Assembly: GCA_964485195.1 (NCBI GenBank)
Contig: CAZAIK010000002.1
Span: 76,972-140,971, forward strand
DNA: 64,000 nt
Reading direction: 5' to 3'
Source: an uncultured Methanosarcinales archaeon
Lineage (GTDB): Archaea > Nanobdellota > Nanobdellia > Woesearchaeales > CAIVOO01
Under the pieces are notes generated by a model, which was not told where the DNA came from, did not search any database, and saw nothing but the letters and a program-made list of their open reading frames with translations. This document shows positions 48,132 to 58,500 of the stretch, in pieces. The translations under genes were made by a program, and so were the position numbers. The first letter of the stretch is position 1. Each line of letters opens with the position of its first letter.

Positions 48132-48470
48132 ATGCCTAACCTGGAATTAATTGATGTTCCCGGCCTGGAAACAGCTGACAATGTGTGCAACCAGGTATTG
48201 AGGGAGGTAATAACAGTTGAAAACCTGTTCAGCCTTGCCCACGTCACGATGGAGCAGGGAAATGTTTCCCTGCTTCACGACCATTCCGAGATGAGCGAGA
48301 TTTATTTTATGCTTTCTGGAGATGGAATCATTTATCACGGAAACAGGGCCCTGCGGGCGGTGAAGCCAGCCCCTCTGTATATCCTGCCGGGGACTGAGCA
48401 CAGGCTTTACAACACAGGGGAGGGAAGATTTGGAAATATTGTGCATTTCCTCACCTTATTACACAGATGA
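48132..48470 (+). CDS. cupin-domain protein
   Basis: 112 aa; cupin motifs ...HDHSEMSEIYFMLSGDG... and GTEHRLYNTGEG; TATA boxes at ~48068 and ~48102. Confidence 0.55.
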   Translation: MPNLELIDVPGLETADNVCNQVLREVITVENLFSLAHVTMEQGNVSLLHDHSEMSEIYFMLSGDGIIYHGNRALRAVKPAPLYILPGTEHRLYNTGEGRFGNIVHFLTLLHR

Positions 48471-48475
48471 TGATT

Positions 48476-50035
48476 TCATTCCTGTTTAGCTTCTGCATAA
48501 GTCCCCATTGTATGATGGGCCTTGAAAGCCCTTAACTGCGCCGGGCTGAAAGAGGTGGGAAACGCTTCAAATATCTCATTGACGGGAATTCCTGAATTCA
48601 TCAAATCAATAGCTTCCTCCTTTGTGATTGTTTCAATGTCCCTGTCCTCCTCTGCAACTGTTTCCTTTTTGTCATAAGTGCCCATAGTGAGGTGCGCTTT
48701 CCACTGCGATAACGGCTTGCTTTCCCAGCACCTGTATCTTTTCTTTAATTCATCAACAGTTGCGCCGTTCCTGAATTCCTCAATCGCCCTTTCCTTAGTC
48801 AAAACGGGCTTGGATGAATTCCCGAGGAAAACCACATTATTTGACTTGTCAGCAACTTCAATTACTTTTTGGGGTTTAACAAGGTCTTCCTCTTCTTGGG
48901 CATATTTCTTCAGGCCTTTGTAAAGCGCAATTAATTGTTTCTTGTCCCCTAACTTGAACTTCTCAGGGAAATTAATTATTTCCCCTATCTTTTTGGCCGC
49001 ATTAATTGAGCGTCTTGGGTGAACCAGATAATGCAATGTTCCAATCATTGGAGCTCCGGACTCAGAAATGTAAGAGTATGAATCTGCGTCTTTGGCCCTG
49101 AAAACCTTTGAGCTGTTTGATATGTCCTTAAGCGCAAGCCACAAGCCTCTCTGGAAATGCTCTTCCTTCAATCCGTTCTTATCGCATTCCTGCTTTAGAT
49201 AACCCCAAACTACATTCTCAAGCAATTTTGGCAGGACCACCAAGAGGGGCGACCATTCCAGGGAGCTGAAAACTTTATCTTTGTCCAGTCTTATTCCTTT
49301 TCCTGTAGTCTTCTCTGCTTCTTGTATGAAACCTCCAAGAATCTCTGTTAATTCCACACCTGTTAAAAAATTAAAAATCTTGCTATAGGCACTGTAGCTT
49401 GAATTGCTGAAGGAGGCTTTTACAACTGAAATGTATGCAGAGCCTTTTTCGGGCATGAAAGTGCTGCCGCTTTTTATTTTGTTTAAAAAATGATTTGACC
49501 TTTCTGTTAATGCTCTGATCTGTCCTTCAGAAAAAATCGGGCAGTTTTTTTCTGCATCAAGGTTTGTTGAATAGCTAAAATGGTAGAGAGGCAGGGTTTT
49601 ATTGTCCCTTCTCAGCAAATTGCAGGTGTGAAGCACAAAATAATTATTTCTCTGTTTATTGATCAAGTTCCTCATCATATAGAACTGTTTTTCAGTTATG
49701 GGCCCTATAAAATCAAGGCTTGCCACATCAAAAATAGTCGCATTTTTTTCCGAGATGTAATCTTCAATAGAGCCGCGGCATAATTCTATTCCCAGGCCTT
49801 TGCTTTCTATCTCATCAGCGATGTCCCTTTCCCTTTCAACTCCCGTTACGTTTTCCCTGGGTATGTCCAGGGGGTCGTAGACCTGGAACACTTCTGCAGC
49901 GTCAATGCCCGGAAGGCAGAGCACTTTCAGCTCTGAGGGCTTTTTGAACTTGAGGAGGGTTTCCTCTACCATCCCCTTTTGCAAATACCTGGCCTTTGCC
50001 TTTGCCCAGTCTGATTCGTAGTGTTTTTCTGCCAT
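48476..50035 (-). CDS. large hypothetical protein with C-terminal tandem KAH(L/H)TMGTY repeats
   Basis: 519 aa; no confident domain; C-terminus contains two ~40-aa repeats (SQWKAHLTMGTYDKKE... and RAFKAHHTMGTYAEAKQE). Confidence 0.45.
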   Translation of the reverse strand: MAEKHYESDWAKAKARYLQKGMVEETLLKFKKPSELKVLCLPGIDAAEVFQVYDPLDIPRENVTGVERERDIADEIESKGLGIELCRGSIEDYISEKNATIFDVASLDFIGPITEKQFYMMRNLINKQRNNYFVLHTCNLLRRDNKTLPLYHFSYSTNLDAEKNCPIFSEGQIRALTERSNHFLNKIKSGSTFMPEKGSAYISVVKASFSNSSYSAYSKIFNFLTGVELTEILGGFIQEAEKTTGKGIRLDKDKVFSSLEWSPLLVVLPKLLENVVWGYLKQECDKNGLKEEHFQRGLWLALKDISNSSKVFRAKDADSYSYISESGAPMIGTLHYLVHPRRSINAAKKIGEIINFPEKFKLGDKKQLIALYKGLKKYAQEEEDLVKPQKVIEVADKSNNVVFLGNSSKPVLTKERAIEEFRNGATVDELKKRYRCWESKPLSQWKAHLTMGTYDKKETVAEEDRDIETITKEEAIDLMNSGIPVNEIFEAFPTSFSPAQLRAFKAHHTMGTYAEAKQE

Positions 50036-50162
50036 GGCCTGAAATTTGCCAATGACTTAATAAAACTTTCTTTTTTAACCACTTATAAGTAATAATTTAT
50101 AATCGGATTTCTTCTGATTTGCCAAGGAAAACCTTATAAAACCATTAAAGCTTCTTTCGCTT

Positions 50163-51122
50163 ATGAACGAGAAGGAAAAATCAGAGATTATAAGGAGAAA
50201 CACAGAGGAGATAGTGACAGAGGAGGAATTCAAGGAAGTTCTGAAGGAGAAAAGTCCTGCTGTTTACTGCGGTTATGAGCCTTCAGGCCCGATGCACCTG
50301 GGGCATTTTGTTACAATAACAAAGCTTATGGATTTGCAAAAGGCAGGATTCAAGGTCAAGGTTTTGCTTGCTGATGTCCACGCAATCCTCAACAGGAAGG
50401 GAAGCGAGGATGAAATCAGGAAAGAGGTTGAAAGGTGGAGCAAGACTGTCAAGGCCATAGGCCTGGAAGCTGAAGTTGTTCTTGGAAGCTCTTTCCAGTT
50501 TGAGAAGGAATACCAGATGGATGTTATGCGTCTTGCACAGTCCTCAACAATCAACAGGGGACTCAGGAGCATGCAGGAAATTGCCAGGGACATAGAAAAC
50601 GCGACAATATCGCAATTACTATACCCAATAATGCAGGTTGTTGACATAAAGGCATTAAATGTTGATGTTGCTTTGGGAGGTTTGGAGCAAAGAAAGGTCC
50701 ATATGATAGGGAGGGATATGTCAAAAATCCTTGACTACAATTTTGTTGCAATGCACACCCCGTTGATAACCTCGCTGAAAGGGCCCGGGGAAAAAATGTC
50801 AAGTTCAATAAAGGGAAGCCTCATCTCTGTCACAGACTCCTATGAAGATATAAAGAAGATAATGAAAGATGCCTACTGCCCTGAGAAGGAGATAAAGGAA
50901 AATCCTGTGCTTCAAATAGCGAAGCTGATAATCTTCCCCCAGTTCAGGTCAATAAGCATAAGCAGGCCTGAGAAATTCGGGGGGGATTTGGAAGTTAAGG
51001 ATTACGATGAGCTTGAGCTTCTTTATGGCAAGGGAAAACTGCATCCCCTGGATCTTAAGAGCGCTGTCGCGGATTACCTGGAGAAGGTAATAGCCCCGAT
51101 AAGGGACAAGTTTTATTCTTAA
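50163..51122 (+). CDS. tyrS: tyrosyl-tRNA synthetase (archaeal type)
   Basis: 319 aa; HIGH-variant PSGPMHLGHF and KMSSS motifs. Confidence 0.9.
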   Translation: MNEKEKSEIIRRNTEEIVTEEEFKEVLKEKSPAVYCGYEPSGPMHLGHFVTITKLMDLQKAGFKVKVLLADVHAILNRKGSEDEIRKEVERWSKTVKAIGLEAEVVLGSSFQFEKEYQMDVMRLAQSSTINRGLRSMQEIARDIENATISQLLYPIMQVVDIKALNVDVALGGLEQRKVHMIGRDMSKILDYNFVAMHTPLITSLKGPGEKMSSSIKGSLISVTDSYEDIKKIMKDAYCPEKEIKENPVLQIAKLIIFPQFRSISISRPEKFGGDLEVKDYDELELLYGKGKLHPLDLKSAVADYLEKVIAPIRDKFYS

Positions 51123-51844
51123 CTTTCCTGCCACTTGTGGAACTGGGCTAAAGCCCTCAGCAAGTCATTTGAGGAAAAGTCGTTCCAGCTCTTGTCTGAA
51201 AAATATATTTTTGCGTTGATTGAGTCCCAGAGCAAGAACCCTGACAAGTGTTTTGTGCCGTCCATTACCACGATGAGCTCTGGAGGCAGGAAGTAAGAGC
51301 TGTAAAGATTCTCCTTCACCAGCTCCTTGGAGATGTTTTCAGGGTCCATCTTTTCTGCCTCTATTTTCTTCCCGATTATCTTGCAGGCGTCCGCTATCTC
51401 CTCCTGCCCGTCATAGTTTATGCAGAAGTTCAGGAAGTACTTGTCATACTCCTTTGTCTCGTCAGCTATTTTCTTGATGGATTCCACTGCCTTGGCGGGC
51501 ATGTTATACCATTTTCCCATTGTGCTTATCTTTATCTTGTTGTGGTGCACCTTCTTCTCGTGCGCCAGGTCCTCAAAAAAGCTGGCTATGGCTTCCACGA
51601 TTGCGGGGAAGTTATCGTCCTTTTTTGACTCTGCTGACAGCAGGTAAACCGTGAATATTGGTATGTCATACTGGGCCTGCACGTCTATGAATTCCTTTAT
51701 CTTGGCAAGCTTGTTCTTGAAATGCTGCTCCAAAGGTATTTTCACGCCCTTGGACCTGTAATTATTGTAAGTGAGGGCCATGTGCTTGGGCAGGTTGGCC
51801 TGTTTTCTCTTTTTCAGCCTGCTGAGAAACTTTTCAATCATCAC
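51119..51844 (-). CDS. uppS: cis-prenyltransferase (undecaprenyl diphosphate synthase-like)
   Basis: 241 aa; IPIFTVYLLSAESKK and LIVVMDGTKHLSGFLLWDSINAKIYFSDKSWNDF resemble UppS conserved regions (FSTENW, RLSNFLLWQ...LWPDF). Confidence 0.65.
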   Translation of the reverse strand: MMIEKFLSRLKKRKQANLPKHMALTYNNYRSKGVKIPLEQHFKNKLAKIKEFIDVQAQYDIPIFTVYLLSAESKKDDNFPAIVEAIASFFEDLAHEKKVHHNKIKISTMGKWYNMPAKAVESIKKIADETKEYDKYFLNFCINYDGQEEIADACKIIGKKIEAEKMDPENISKELVKENLYSSYFLPPELIVVMDGTKHLSGFLLWDSINAKIYFSDKSWNDFSSNDLLRALAQFHKWQES

Positions 51845-51894
51845 TCTGCTAACATAACAAATCTTTATAAATATTTTGTGGCCTTGTTTTTAAA

Positions 51895-52752
51895 ATGGAA
51901 TGGCTTTTCTTTTCAATCGCGCTGGTTTTTCTATTTGTGGGCTCTTACACAGACATAAGGACAAGGGAGGTGCCTGACTGGGTTAATTTCAGCCTTATCT
52001 CCACAGGAGTTGCCCTCCACGCAATCCTGAGCATTTCAGAAGGCAGCTGGCTTCCTGTTGCCTCTTCAGGCCTGGGCCTGGGCCTGGGGGTGGGGATTGC
52101 CTTTGCAATGTACTATATGGGCCAGTGGGGAGGGGGCGATGCCAAGCTACTGATGGGGCTTGGGGCTGTCATAGGCTTTGACCTTTCCAACACCTTCTTT
52201 CTTTCATTCCTGATAAACACCTTCTTTATTGGGGCTGTTTACGGATTATGTTACGGCGCATTGCTTGCCCTGAGGAAAAAGGAGAAATTTGTTAAAACAT
52301 TCAAAACAATCTATTACCAGGCCCCTCTTTTTATCCGACGGGGAGCCTTGTTTTTCCTGGGACTGCTTGTTGTTCTGGGAATCATTGTTATTCTTTTCCT
52401 GGTAAATCTCGTGCTGGTTTACATCATCTCCCTGCTTATCGCGATGATTGCCCTTTTCTACCTTTATGTCTTTGCCAAGTCAATAGAGAAGTGCTGCATG
52501 CTCAAGAAAGTGAATCCTTCTGAGCTGACAGAGGGGGACTGGATAGCGAAGGATGTCAGGATAAAGGGCAAACAGGTTGTGGGCCCCAAGGACTTGGGAA
52601 TCAGCAAGAGGCAGATTGAGAAATTAAAAAAACACAACGTGAGGAAAGTACTGGTAAAGGAAGGGGTCCCGTTTGTGCCCAGCTTCCTTATCTCGTTCCT
52701 CTTCACCTATTTCTTCGGAAATGTGATATTCGGATTTATTACAATATGGTAA
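51895..52752 (+). CDS. prepilin/preflagellin peptidase (A24 family, FlaK/PibD-like)
   Basis: 285 aa polytopic membrane protein; catalytic Asp contexts VGSYTDIRTREVPDW and GGGDAKLLMGLG. Confidence 0.75.
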   Translation: MEWLFFSIALVFLFVGSYTDIRTREVPDWVNFSLISTGVALHAILSISEGSWLPVASSGLGLGLGVGIAFAMYYMGQWGGGDAKLLMGLGAVIGFDLSNTFFLSFLINTFFIGAVYGLCYGALLALRKKEKFVKTFKTIYYQAPLFIRRGALFFLGLLVVLGIIVILFLVNLVLVYIISLLIAMIALFYLYVFAKSIEKCCMLKKVNPSELTEGDWIAKDVRIKGKQVVGPKDLGISKRQIEKLKKHNVRKVLVKEGVPFVPSFLISFLFTYFFGNVIFGFITIW

Positions 52753-52824
52753 AATAACATATATGTCACTAAAGAGTGGTTAAAAATGGAAAGGTTTAAA
52801 TAATAAGCTATTATAAACCGCTTT

Positions 52825-53511
52825 ATGAACAGCGAAAACCCCCTCAGGAAATCTTCACTAAGCAAACTGGCTGAAAAAGTAGGGAATTATCAGGAAGGAA
52901 AGCACCCATTTGAACTTGATTGCGCAGAAGGGTTAATAGAAGAGCTGGAAAAAAGGAACAAAAACAGCAGGCTTTCCTGCGCCTTTGAATCAGGAACTGA
53001 TATTGGCGGTTTTAACATAGCAGCCTACAAGATATTTCTTGATGGAAAACCCCTGGGAATATTTGGGATGCGAAGCTATTTTTTTATGCTTCCTGAAAAT
53101 CTCCGGACTGATGAGGGCTCAATAGTGAGCAGGTTCAATGAAATGGTTTATCATGGAGAGATCCCCGGATACGCAAAAGGGGAAATTGTTCTTGTGGCAG
53201 GCGAATGCGCCCAGACCCCAAAATCAGACCCTTTGTTTGATATGGCTGAAAAGGCAGTTTCTGTAAGGGAGCTTTTTCAAAAAGCTGCTGAAAAAAACCT
53301 TCCTGAACTGGTTGAAGGCATAATCAGGAACAATACTCCTGAAGGCGAACCATTGTACAGGCAGGATTTTCACAAAGTCAAATTTGCAAGACTTGAGGCA
53401 GATGGTTTTGAAAGGTGGAAGCACTTCAGCAAAGCCCGAGGGGAAGGCTATTTATCAAAAGCGAGGAACGCGGTAAGATACATTTGCCGCTTGTTTAAAA
53501 ATGAAAGGTGA
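52825..53511 (+). CDS. hypothetical protein overlapping the start of the ADP-ribosylglycohydrolase gene
   Basis: 228 aa; 11-nt overlap with downstream ARH gene indicates co-transcription; no domain recognised. Confidence 0.4.
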   Translation: MNSENPLRKSSLSKLAEKVGNYQEGKHPFELDCAEGLIEELEKRNKNSRLSCAFESGTDIGGFNIAAYKIFLDGKPLGIFGMRSYFFMLPENLRTDEGSIVSRFNEMVYHGEIPGYAKGEIVLVAGECAQTPKSDPLFDMAEKAVSVRELFQKAAEKNLPELVEGIIRNNTPEGEPLYRQDFHKVKFARLEADGFERWKHFSKARGEGYLSKARNAVRYICRLFKNER

Positions 53512-54466
53512 ACTTGAAGAAAGGTTTTCAGGAAGCCTGGTGGGCTCTGCAGTAGGGGATTCCCTGGGAGCGCCCTATGAATTCCAGGGCAGGAACCTTG
53601 CAAGAAGATACTACAATCCTGAGAGCCATATCAAGCTTTTCTATACCGACGACACCCAGCAGACAATTGCCCTGGCAGAGTCGTTGGTGGAAGCAGGTGA
53701 TAGTTTTCAGGACGTCTTTGGAAGAAAACTTGCTGAGTGGAGACTGGAAATGTCCAGGCAGGAAGAGGCCATAAAACGCAAGCCAGGAACTACCTGCATG
53801 ATTGGAGCCAAGAATTTTGCAAAAGGAATAGCGCCCAGCGAATGCGGAGTTGAAGAGAGCCTGGGAGTGGGGGCTGCAATGAGGGTCCATCCCATAGGTC
53901 TTTTTTATGAAGATGAGGAAGTGGCTGTCCCAGCAAGAATGTCTTCAGAGCTGACACACAGGGACCCCAGGATTTATGTTTCCTCTTCTTTGATAGCCTA
54001 CACAGTTTCCAGGCTAAAACACACCAGGCCTGAGGATTTCAAGCCGGACAATTTTCTGGACGAGCTTGTGAAATATTCCCAATCACTTGAAACCCGTTTT
54101 GGAAGACGGGAAAAATTCAATATTTCAGACATTGTTGGAGAGATGAGAGATTCTTACCCAGGTATGGAATTCATAGACAAAACTTACAGTAAAGGAAGAT
54201 GCTATGATACAGCCCCGTTAGCCCTTTACTGTTTTCTGTTGCACCCCACAGATTTTACGGAGGCAGTGTCAGAGTCAGTAAAGTTAGGAGATGATGCAGA
54301 CACTTCCGGATGTATAACCGGTGGGATAAGCGGGGCGTTGAATGGAATGAATGCAATTCCTGAAAGGTTTGTGAAAAACCTGGAAAACGGTGATTACATT
54401 ATTAAATTAGCTTCAGAGCTGTTTAAGAAGTATAAGGATAAAACTGATTTAACTATTGCGATATGA
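53501..54466 (+). CDS. ADP-ribosylglycohydrolase family protein (ARH/DraG-like)
   Basis: 321 aa; N-terminal GSLVGSAVGDSLGAPYEF and C-terminal DxDT-type metal site (GDDADTSGCITGGISGA). Confidence 0.8.
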   Translation: MKGELEERFSGSLVGSAVGDSLGAPYEFQGRNLARRYYNPESHIKLFYTDDTQQTIALAESLVEAGDSFQDVFGRKLAEWRLEMSRQEEAIKRKPGTTCMIGAKNFAKGIAPSECGVEESLGVGAAMRVHPIGLFYEDEEVAVPARMSSELTHRDPRIYVSSSLIAYTVSRLKHTRPEDFKPDNFLDELVKYSQSLETRFGRREKFNISDIVGEMRDSYPGMEFIDKTYSKGRCYDTAPLALYCFLLHPTDFTEAVSESVKLGDDADTSGCITGGISGALNGMNAIPERFVKNLENGDYIIKLASELFKKYKDKTDLTIAI

Positions 54467-55556
54467 CTTCTGAACTGGGAACCAAATTTCCTGTTGCAGG
54501 GTCAACAACATATTCTGTCCCCAATCCCGGATAAGTGCCTACATCAACAAATCCTTTGTTAACAGGATCATATACCTTTGCACTGCTTGCGGGATTAAAG
54601 GGGTCTGACAAGCCAACCACCAATCCTTCTGGATTCTGTGTGGCCACGAGTGTGTATGTTTTATCTGTCTCATCAAACCTGTATACATTCCGCATCCAGG
54701 AGCTGTCGGTGCTTCTCCCAATCAGCAATTCTGCTTCTTCCTCCCTTGAAGCAGTCGTAGTTGCTATTCTGTTCTCGGGAATGGCATATTCAGTAACAAA
54801 TCCGCCTTCCCCTGCAGCTCCTCCTGCAACCCTGGCATCAGTGGTGCCGGAAAGAAATGGAGATCCTGTGCCTTTCCCTGTCGGGTCCCTAATAACGACA
54901 GAAGGGTCTCTGGTATGAGTGAATGCAGCAGGGCCAACTTCAAAATCATCCAGATTTTCAACGCCAAGCACATCTTCAAATGTTCTCCCTTCCTGTTTCG
55001 CATATTCAAGCGCACTGCTGGGCTCCCCCTCTCTTAACAAATGGTCATACCATTGTTGCGTGCTTAATCCGCCTCTCTTTCCTCCGCGAAGATGAACACC
55101 TCTATACACTCCGCCGATAGCAGTTTGAGGATTTTCTGCCTCTGACAAAAATGTTTCAGCAGTTCCCCTTCCTTCTCCGCTGTGTATTGGTAAATCTGAA
55201 GTTTCCCTCCAAGCAGGGTCGTTAGCGCTGACTATTACTTTGGGAGGTTTTTTAGTGAAATCAGCCTGCCCGGTCCTTGTCATTTCATCAATCTCATCGC
55301 CTGTTGCCAGCCTGGCAGTCTGCTCAGGAGGAAGAATGTCATCTTGTGTTCTCACCCTGTCAAATACAGAGCTAAGAGCATCCTCCCCTGTCCTGTAGCA
55401 GGTTGCAGGGGCAAAGCCTGTTATCGCGCTTAAGGCAGGCTTTTTTTCTGTGAAAGTGAAGCTTAAGAAGAAGGCCAGGCCAAGCAACGCAATTATCACT
55501 ATGAAGATTGTTGCTGCATTCGCTTTCTTGTTTTTTTTCATTTTCACGTTGGACAT
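54453..55556 (-). CDS. exported hypothetical protein (operon with giant secreted protein)
   Basis: 367 aa; basic N-terminus + hydrophobic anchor KKNKKANAATIFIVIIALLGLAFFLSF; Gly/Thr/Pro-rich. Confidence 0.5.
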   Translation of the reverse strand: MSNVKMKKNKKANAATIFIVIIALLGLAFFLSFTFTEKKPALSAITGFAPATCYRTGEDALSSVFDRVRTQDDILPPEQTARLATGDEIDEMTRTGQADFTKKPPKVIVSANDPAWRETSDLPIHSGEGRGTAETFLSEAENPQTAIGGVYRGVHLRGGKRGGLSTQQWYDHLLREGEPSSALEYAKQEGRTFEDVLGVENLDDFEVGPAAFTHTRDPSVVIRDPTGKGTGSPFLSGTTDARVAGGAAGEGGFVTEYAIPENRIATTTASREEEAELLIGRSTDSSWMRNVYRFDETDKTYTLVATQNPEGLVVGLSDPFNPASSAKVYDPVNKGFVDVGTYPGLGTEYVVDPATGNLVPSSEVISQ

Positions 55557-58500
55557 TCCACCTGTCTTCCCAAACTTGCTCCTACTGTGTCAAAATCATC
55601 TGCTGTTCCCACCACACTGCCTTGCGCATCCACCACAAGATTTGTTTTGTATTTCTCATTTATCCTTGCCAGCTCTGTCCCGTCAACTCTTGCAGAATCC
55701 ATGCTGTCAAAGAAATCATCCCTTTGCCTTGCCAGCAAATCATCAACAGAACTTTTTTCTGCGCTGGCGGCCTTCCTTGCTGACCTCTGCAATGCATTGT
55801 CCGTGAATCTTGCGCTTCCTGTTCCCACATCTGTCACTAACTGCTTAAGGCCAAGCTCCACTGTTTCGCCTGCTTCATCCCTTAATATAACTGTGCCCGC
55901 CCTGGTCATGTCATCTACGCTGAAAGTTTTCATCTGGCCTTTCACTAATCTCTGAACTGTTTTTCCTTTTCTTAATTGGGAAGCGAGTCTGCTTGCCGGA
56001 TTTATCGCAACGAAATTGCTTGCTATTGCCGCGAATGCGGAATTGACTCCAAGAGCAGGAAGGCCTGCTTCAACTACCAGGGCTCCTGCTGTTTCAAGCC
56101 CGACAGTTGTCAATGTTGGGTGTGCTGCATAAGCCCTGCTTCCCAAAGCAGCCAGCCTGGGGAAATTTGCTGTCAGGAAAGGGGCAACCCTTCCTCCTGA
56201 TGCAGCCAGTCCTGCAGCCCCTATTTTAGCAGTTACAGGTGCGGTTGCAACCATAAGGGCAACGCCTCCCAGGGTTTCCCCGTAAGTCTGCTCCAGCATT
56301 TCTGCATCCTCTGAATAGCCAGTTCCTGCTTGTATTCCTGGAAAAACCACACGTGTGGGTGATGAAAACCAGCCCTGGTCAATTGTTGTTTTTACAGCGT
56401 TGACATCATAGCCCTTTTCCAGGTCAGCAAGCGCCTGAACATCAGGGTTTTCCAGTGCAGAATCAAGGCCGTAAACAAGGTAGCCCAAATTCTCCGGCTT
56501 GGCATTGGGATACACCTGCTTGACCCATTCTATCTTCTCTGTTGAGCTCATTTGGGAAATGTCATTAACAGAAATTCCCTGCTCACTTGATTTCAGCAAT
56601 ATCTGAAATCCCAATGACTGCGCATTCAGTTCATTGGCAACAAATTCCTGCACTTTCTCCCTGCTCCCGAAATTTATCAGGTTGGTTGCTGCTGTGGCAA
56701 AACCTGAAGTAAGGGAATAGGTTTCCTGGAAAGTTGTGACAGATTCAGCTGACTGGAGCCTTGCATTGTTGTACATCTCTGTCAGCAAATTCCTCTCCAT
56801 TCCCCGGACCATCTGCTGCGCTTCGTCATAAACTGCAGAACCTTCATCAACTTTTGAGAGTCTCACTATGTTTTTAGCCATCATTTCCTTGTCTGAAGAA
56901 CTGCCAGCTTCCTGGAACAGTGAATTTATTTCAGCTATTTCCTGCTCATCCTCTGTGTGATATATCAATTCGCCGTCTTCAACTTCCCACTTGTCCTTGT
57001 ATTCTGTGTTTAACCTTTCCTGGGCGTTTTCAGTCTTTTTTATCAGGTCATTAATGTTCATCCTTGCGTCCACGTAAAGATGGATATTCCTGTTGTCTGA
57101 CTTTCTTTTGATTTCATTTGCCTTCTCAAAATCCCCCTGATTTATGTATTCATTGACAAGGGCTGCTGTCAACTCTTCCTCTGGCGTCACTCCTGATGCT
57201 ATGGACAGGTCAAAATATGCCTGAAACTCGTCAACCGAGCCTTCCCCGGCGTGCTCGTTTAATCTGGTGTAGGCGTCAAAGAATTCCTCCCTGTTTGTGC
57301 ACGAAGGATTATCTTGTATGCAGTTTACCAGCATTTTTGCGCCAGGGTCGTCGCTCACAACCCTGTCTAATGTTTCCTGGTCTATGTCAGATAAATCTAC
57401 TTGTGCCAGCTCCTGGGGGTTTGTTGTTGCTGCCTGCTCAAAGAAGCTGCGCACAGCTTCCCCTTCCTCAGGTGTGAGTATTGTTTCATCCCCGAGAGCT
57501 TCCTGCACATTTTCAGGGCCGAGTATGTTGAGGTAATTGCCTGAGCTTTCAACCAACCCTCCCTCCTTTGTCAGTGCCAGGTATGTTTTGCTTTCATCTT
57601 CTTCTGGTTTTGTGTCTGACAATAAGAAATCCTTTCCTCCGCTGAGCACTATGAAGTTGGCAGGGTTTTCCTTTACCTCTCCTAGGAATGACATTGTTTC
57701 CTCTGCCATCCTTATATTTATGTCGTTGTTGGATTTTGATATTATCATCTCAAACGGCTGTTCCCCTCTTTCAATTGAAACACCTTCCAAACCTGCGCCT
57801 ATCCTTTCATAGGCATCTGTGTTTCTTGAAATCTTCATTGCGTCAAGCCCGTCATTTGGCGCGTCAACTGTCACTGCATCCGCGTTTTCAGTGGAATAGG
57901 CAAGGAAAAGGATCTGTTCGGGGTTGTCCCCCTCATAGATTGTTGAGTCTGCTGTTATCCTTCCTGAAATGCCCAGCTCAAACCTTCCTACTGCAGATGT
58001 TACAGTATTTTCAGGATTGTTTGAATCCCTTCCCCTGTAAAAGTCAGCTTCCTGTCCGTTTCCCAGAAAATTGAATGTTTCAATTCCGTCCCTGCCGCTC
58101 ACTTCAGCGAAACCTTTTGCTATTACCGTGCTTCCCTTGTACCACACCTCTCCTCTCATTGGCTGCACAGGCTCAGCTGCCTGCGCCCTTTGCTCAGCCT
58201 CATCAAGCGTCAAAGGTTGGCCCGGGTTTTGTGTGCTTTGCGCATCTGAAGGGAGCTGGTTGGAATGTATCTGCACATCCCCTCCGTTTGTCCTCACTGA
58301 AATGTCTGAAGCGCTTCCGAAATCATAAAACCTGCTCTGCTCTCCGTTTAGCATCGGCAGCAGACTGGTCTCATCTCCCTTTGCCACGAACCTTCCGTCG
58401 TAAAGCCTTTGGCTGAATGTTGCCCTTGCATTGTCAGCCGCGACTGTGCCGTCGTTCAGGACTGCAAACCTTCCGCTTCTCGATTCAAATGTTATGGTCA

